Part shown: positions 63,526 to 64,000 of the stretch, in pieces | Layout of the letters: every line of letters starts with the position of its first letter | How positions within the stretch are numbered: position 1 is the first letter of the stretch | NCBI GenBank assembly: GCA_019358915.1 | Contig: JAHHIM010000004.1 | Span: 1-64,000, forward strand | Direction: 5' to 3' | DNA length: 64,000 nucleotides | Source of the DNA: Trichormus sp. ATA11-4-KO1 | GTDB taxonomy: Bacteria > Cyanobacteriota > Cyanobacteriia > Cyanobacteriales > Nostocaceae | Notes under the pieces: model-generated | Seen by the model: only the letters and a program-made list of their open reading frames with translations | Databases searched by the model: none | What the model was told of the DNA's origin: nothing | Program-made: the position numbers and the translations under genes

Positions 63526-63964
63526 TCGTAACTCCTTTCTGATTCAAACATTACGAATATACGACAAAGATGAGGAAATAATAAACTTTTGTAAGCTTTT
63601 GTTTAGCAAGATTTATCTTCATCTTTGCTGATTAGTAGATGAATAGCGCTATGATTCCAGACGAGAGCTAAGTTTTTGCTGACTCAGTAGGGTATGCCAG
63701 CCAATTACCAAAGAGTTGATTTAAAAAAATCTCTCTTCGGAAGGATGGAACCAAGATTGGTGTACGATATCTACTCTATCCCACAACTCTCAGGGAGTGA
63801 TGCGGAAGAGAGAATAAATAATTTCTCCTTTCAGATCAAAGTTACTCCCACAGCCCTATTCGTCTTCTGCCTCTCTTGTCATGGATATAGCAGTGACTGA
63901 AACCGCAATGCCCCTTAATTTACTATGACTCTCTAGACAGAGATAGCCCACTAGAATCAGCCCT

Positions 63965-64000
63965 ATGCAATTAAGAGATTCTCTACGCCGGACAAAAATT
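63965..64000 (+). CDS. pyk: Pyruvate kinase, N-terminal 12 codons (runs off the window)
   Basis: MQLRDSLRRTKI matches the RRTKI start of pyruvate kinases. Confidence 0.7.
   Translation, partial: MQLRDSLRRTKI

Noticed and set aside
63694..63900. 68-aa ORF between crtR and pyk
   Set aside because: No motifs; probably part of the divergent promoter or 5' UTR region.
1..64000. tRNA, rRNA, CRISPR arrays, prophage or integrase genes
   Set aside because: None recognised by eye; tRNAscan and Infernal were not run.

Overview
Chromosomal window from a heterocyst-forming (Nostocales-like) cyanobacterium, judged by the frequent HIP1 octamer GCGATCGC, 7-bp STRR arrays, nested small dispersed repeats and the gene content. 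Housekeeping genes include ndhF3-ndhD3-cupA (with NdhR-type boxes), murE, petN, thioredoxin, lpdA, trpC, sat, mtnP, mfd, crtR and the start of pyk. There is also a 4-GAF cyanobacteriochrome kinase and a small toxin/antitoxin-rich island (52.2-55.8 kb). The main feature is a ~21.6 kb non-canonical hgl/pfa-type lipid synthase locus (20.9-42.5 kb). It encodes a fused HglE/F/G-like PfaA, a CLF-AT protein with no adjacent HglD KS, PfaD, a stand-alone HHxxxDG acyltransferase and a free ACP with an acidic C-terminal tail. It also encodes a TubC-type docking domain fused to what looks like a class II aldolase-fold metalloenzyme, two small divergent DNA-binding proteins and a DevBCA exporter. Both arms are preceded by near-identical 30-bp promoter/operator copies. 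A candidate lysine/2-oxoadipate catabolic set (ALDH, class III aminotransferase, DUF1338) lies next to it. All calls come from reading the sequence and recalled motifs; no database searches were run.
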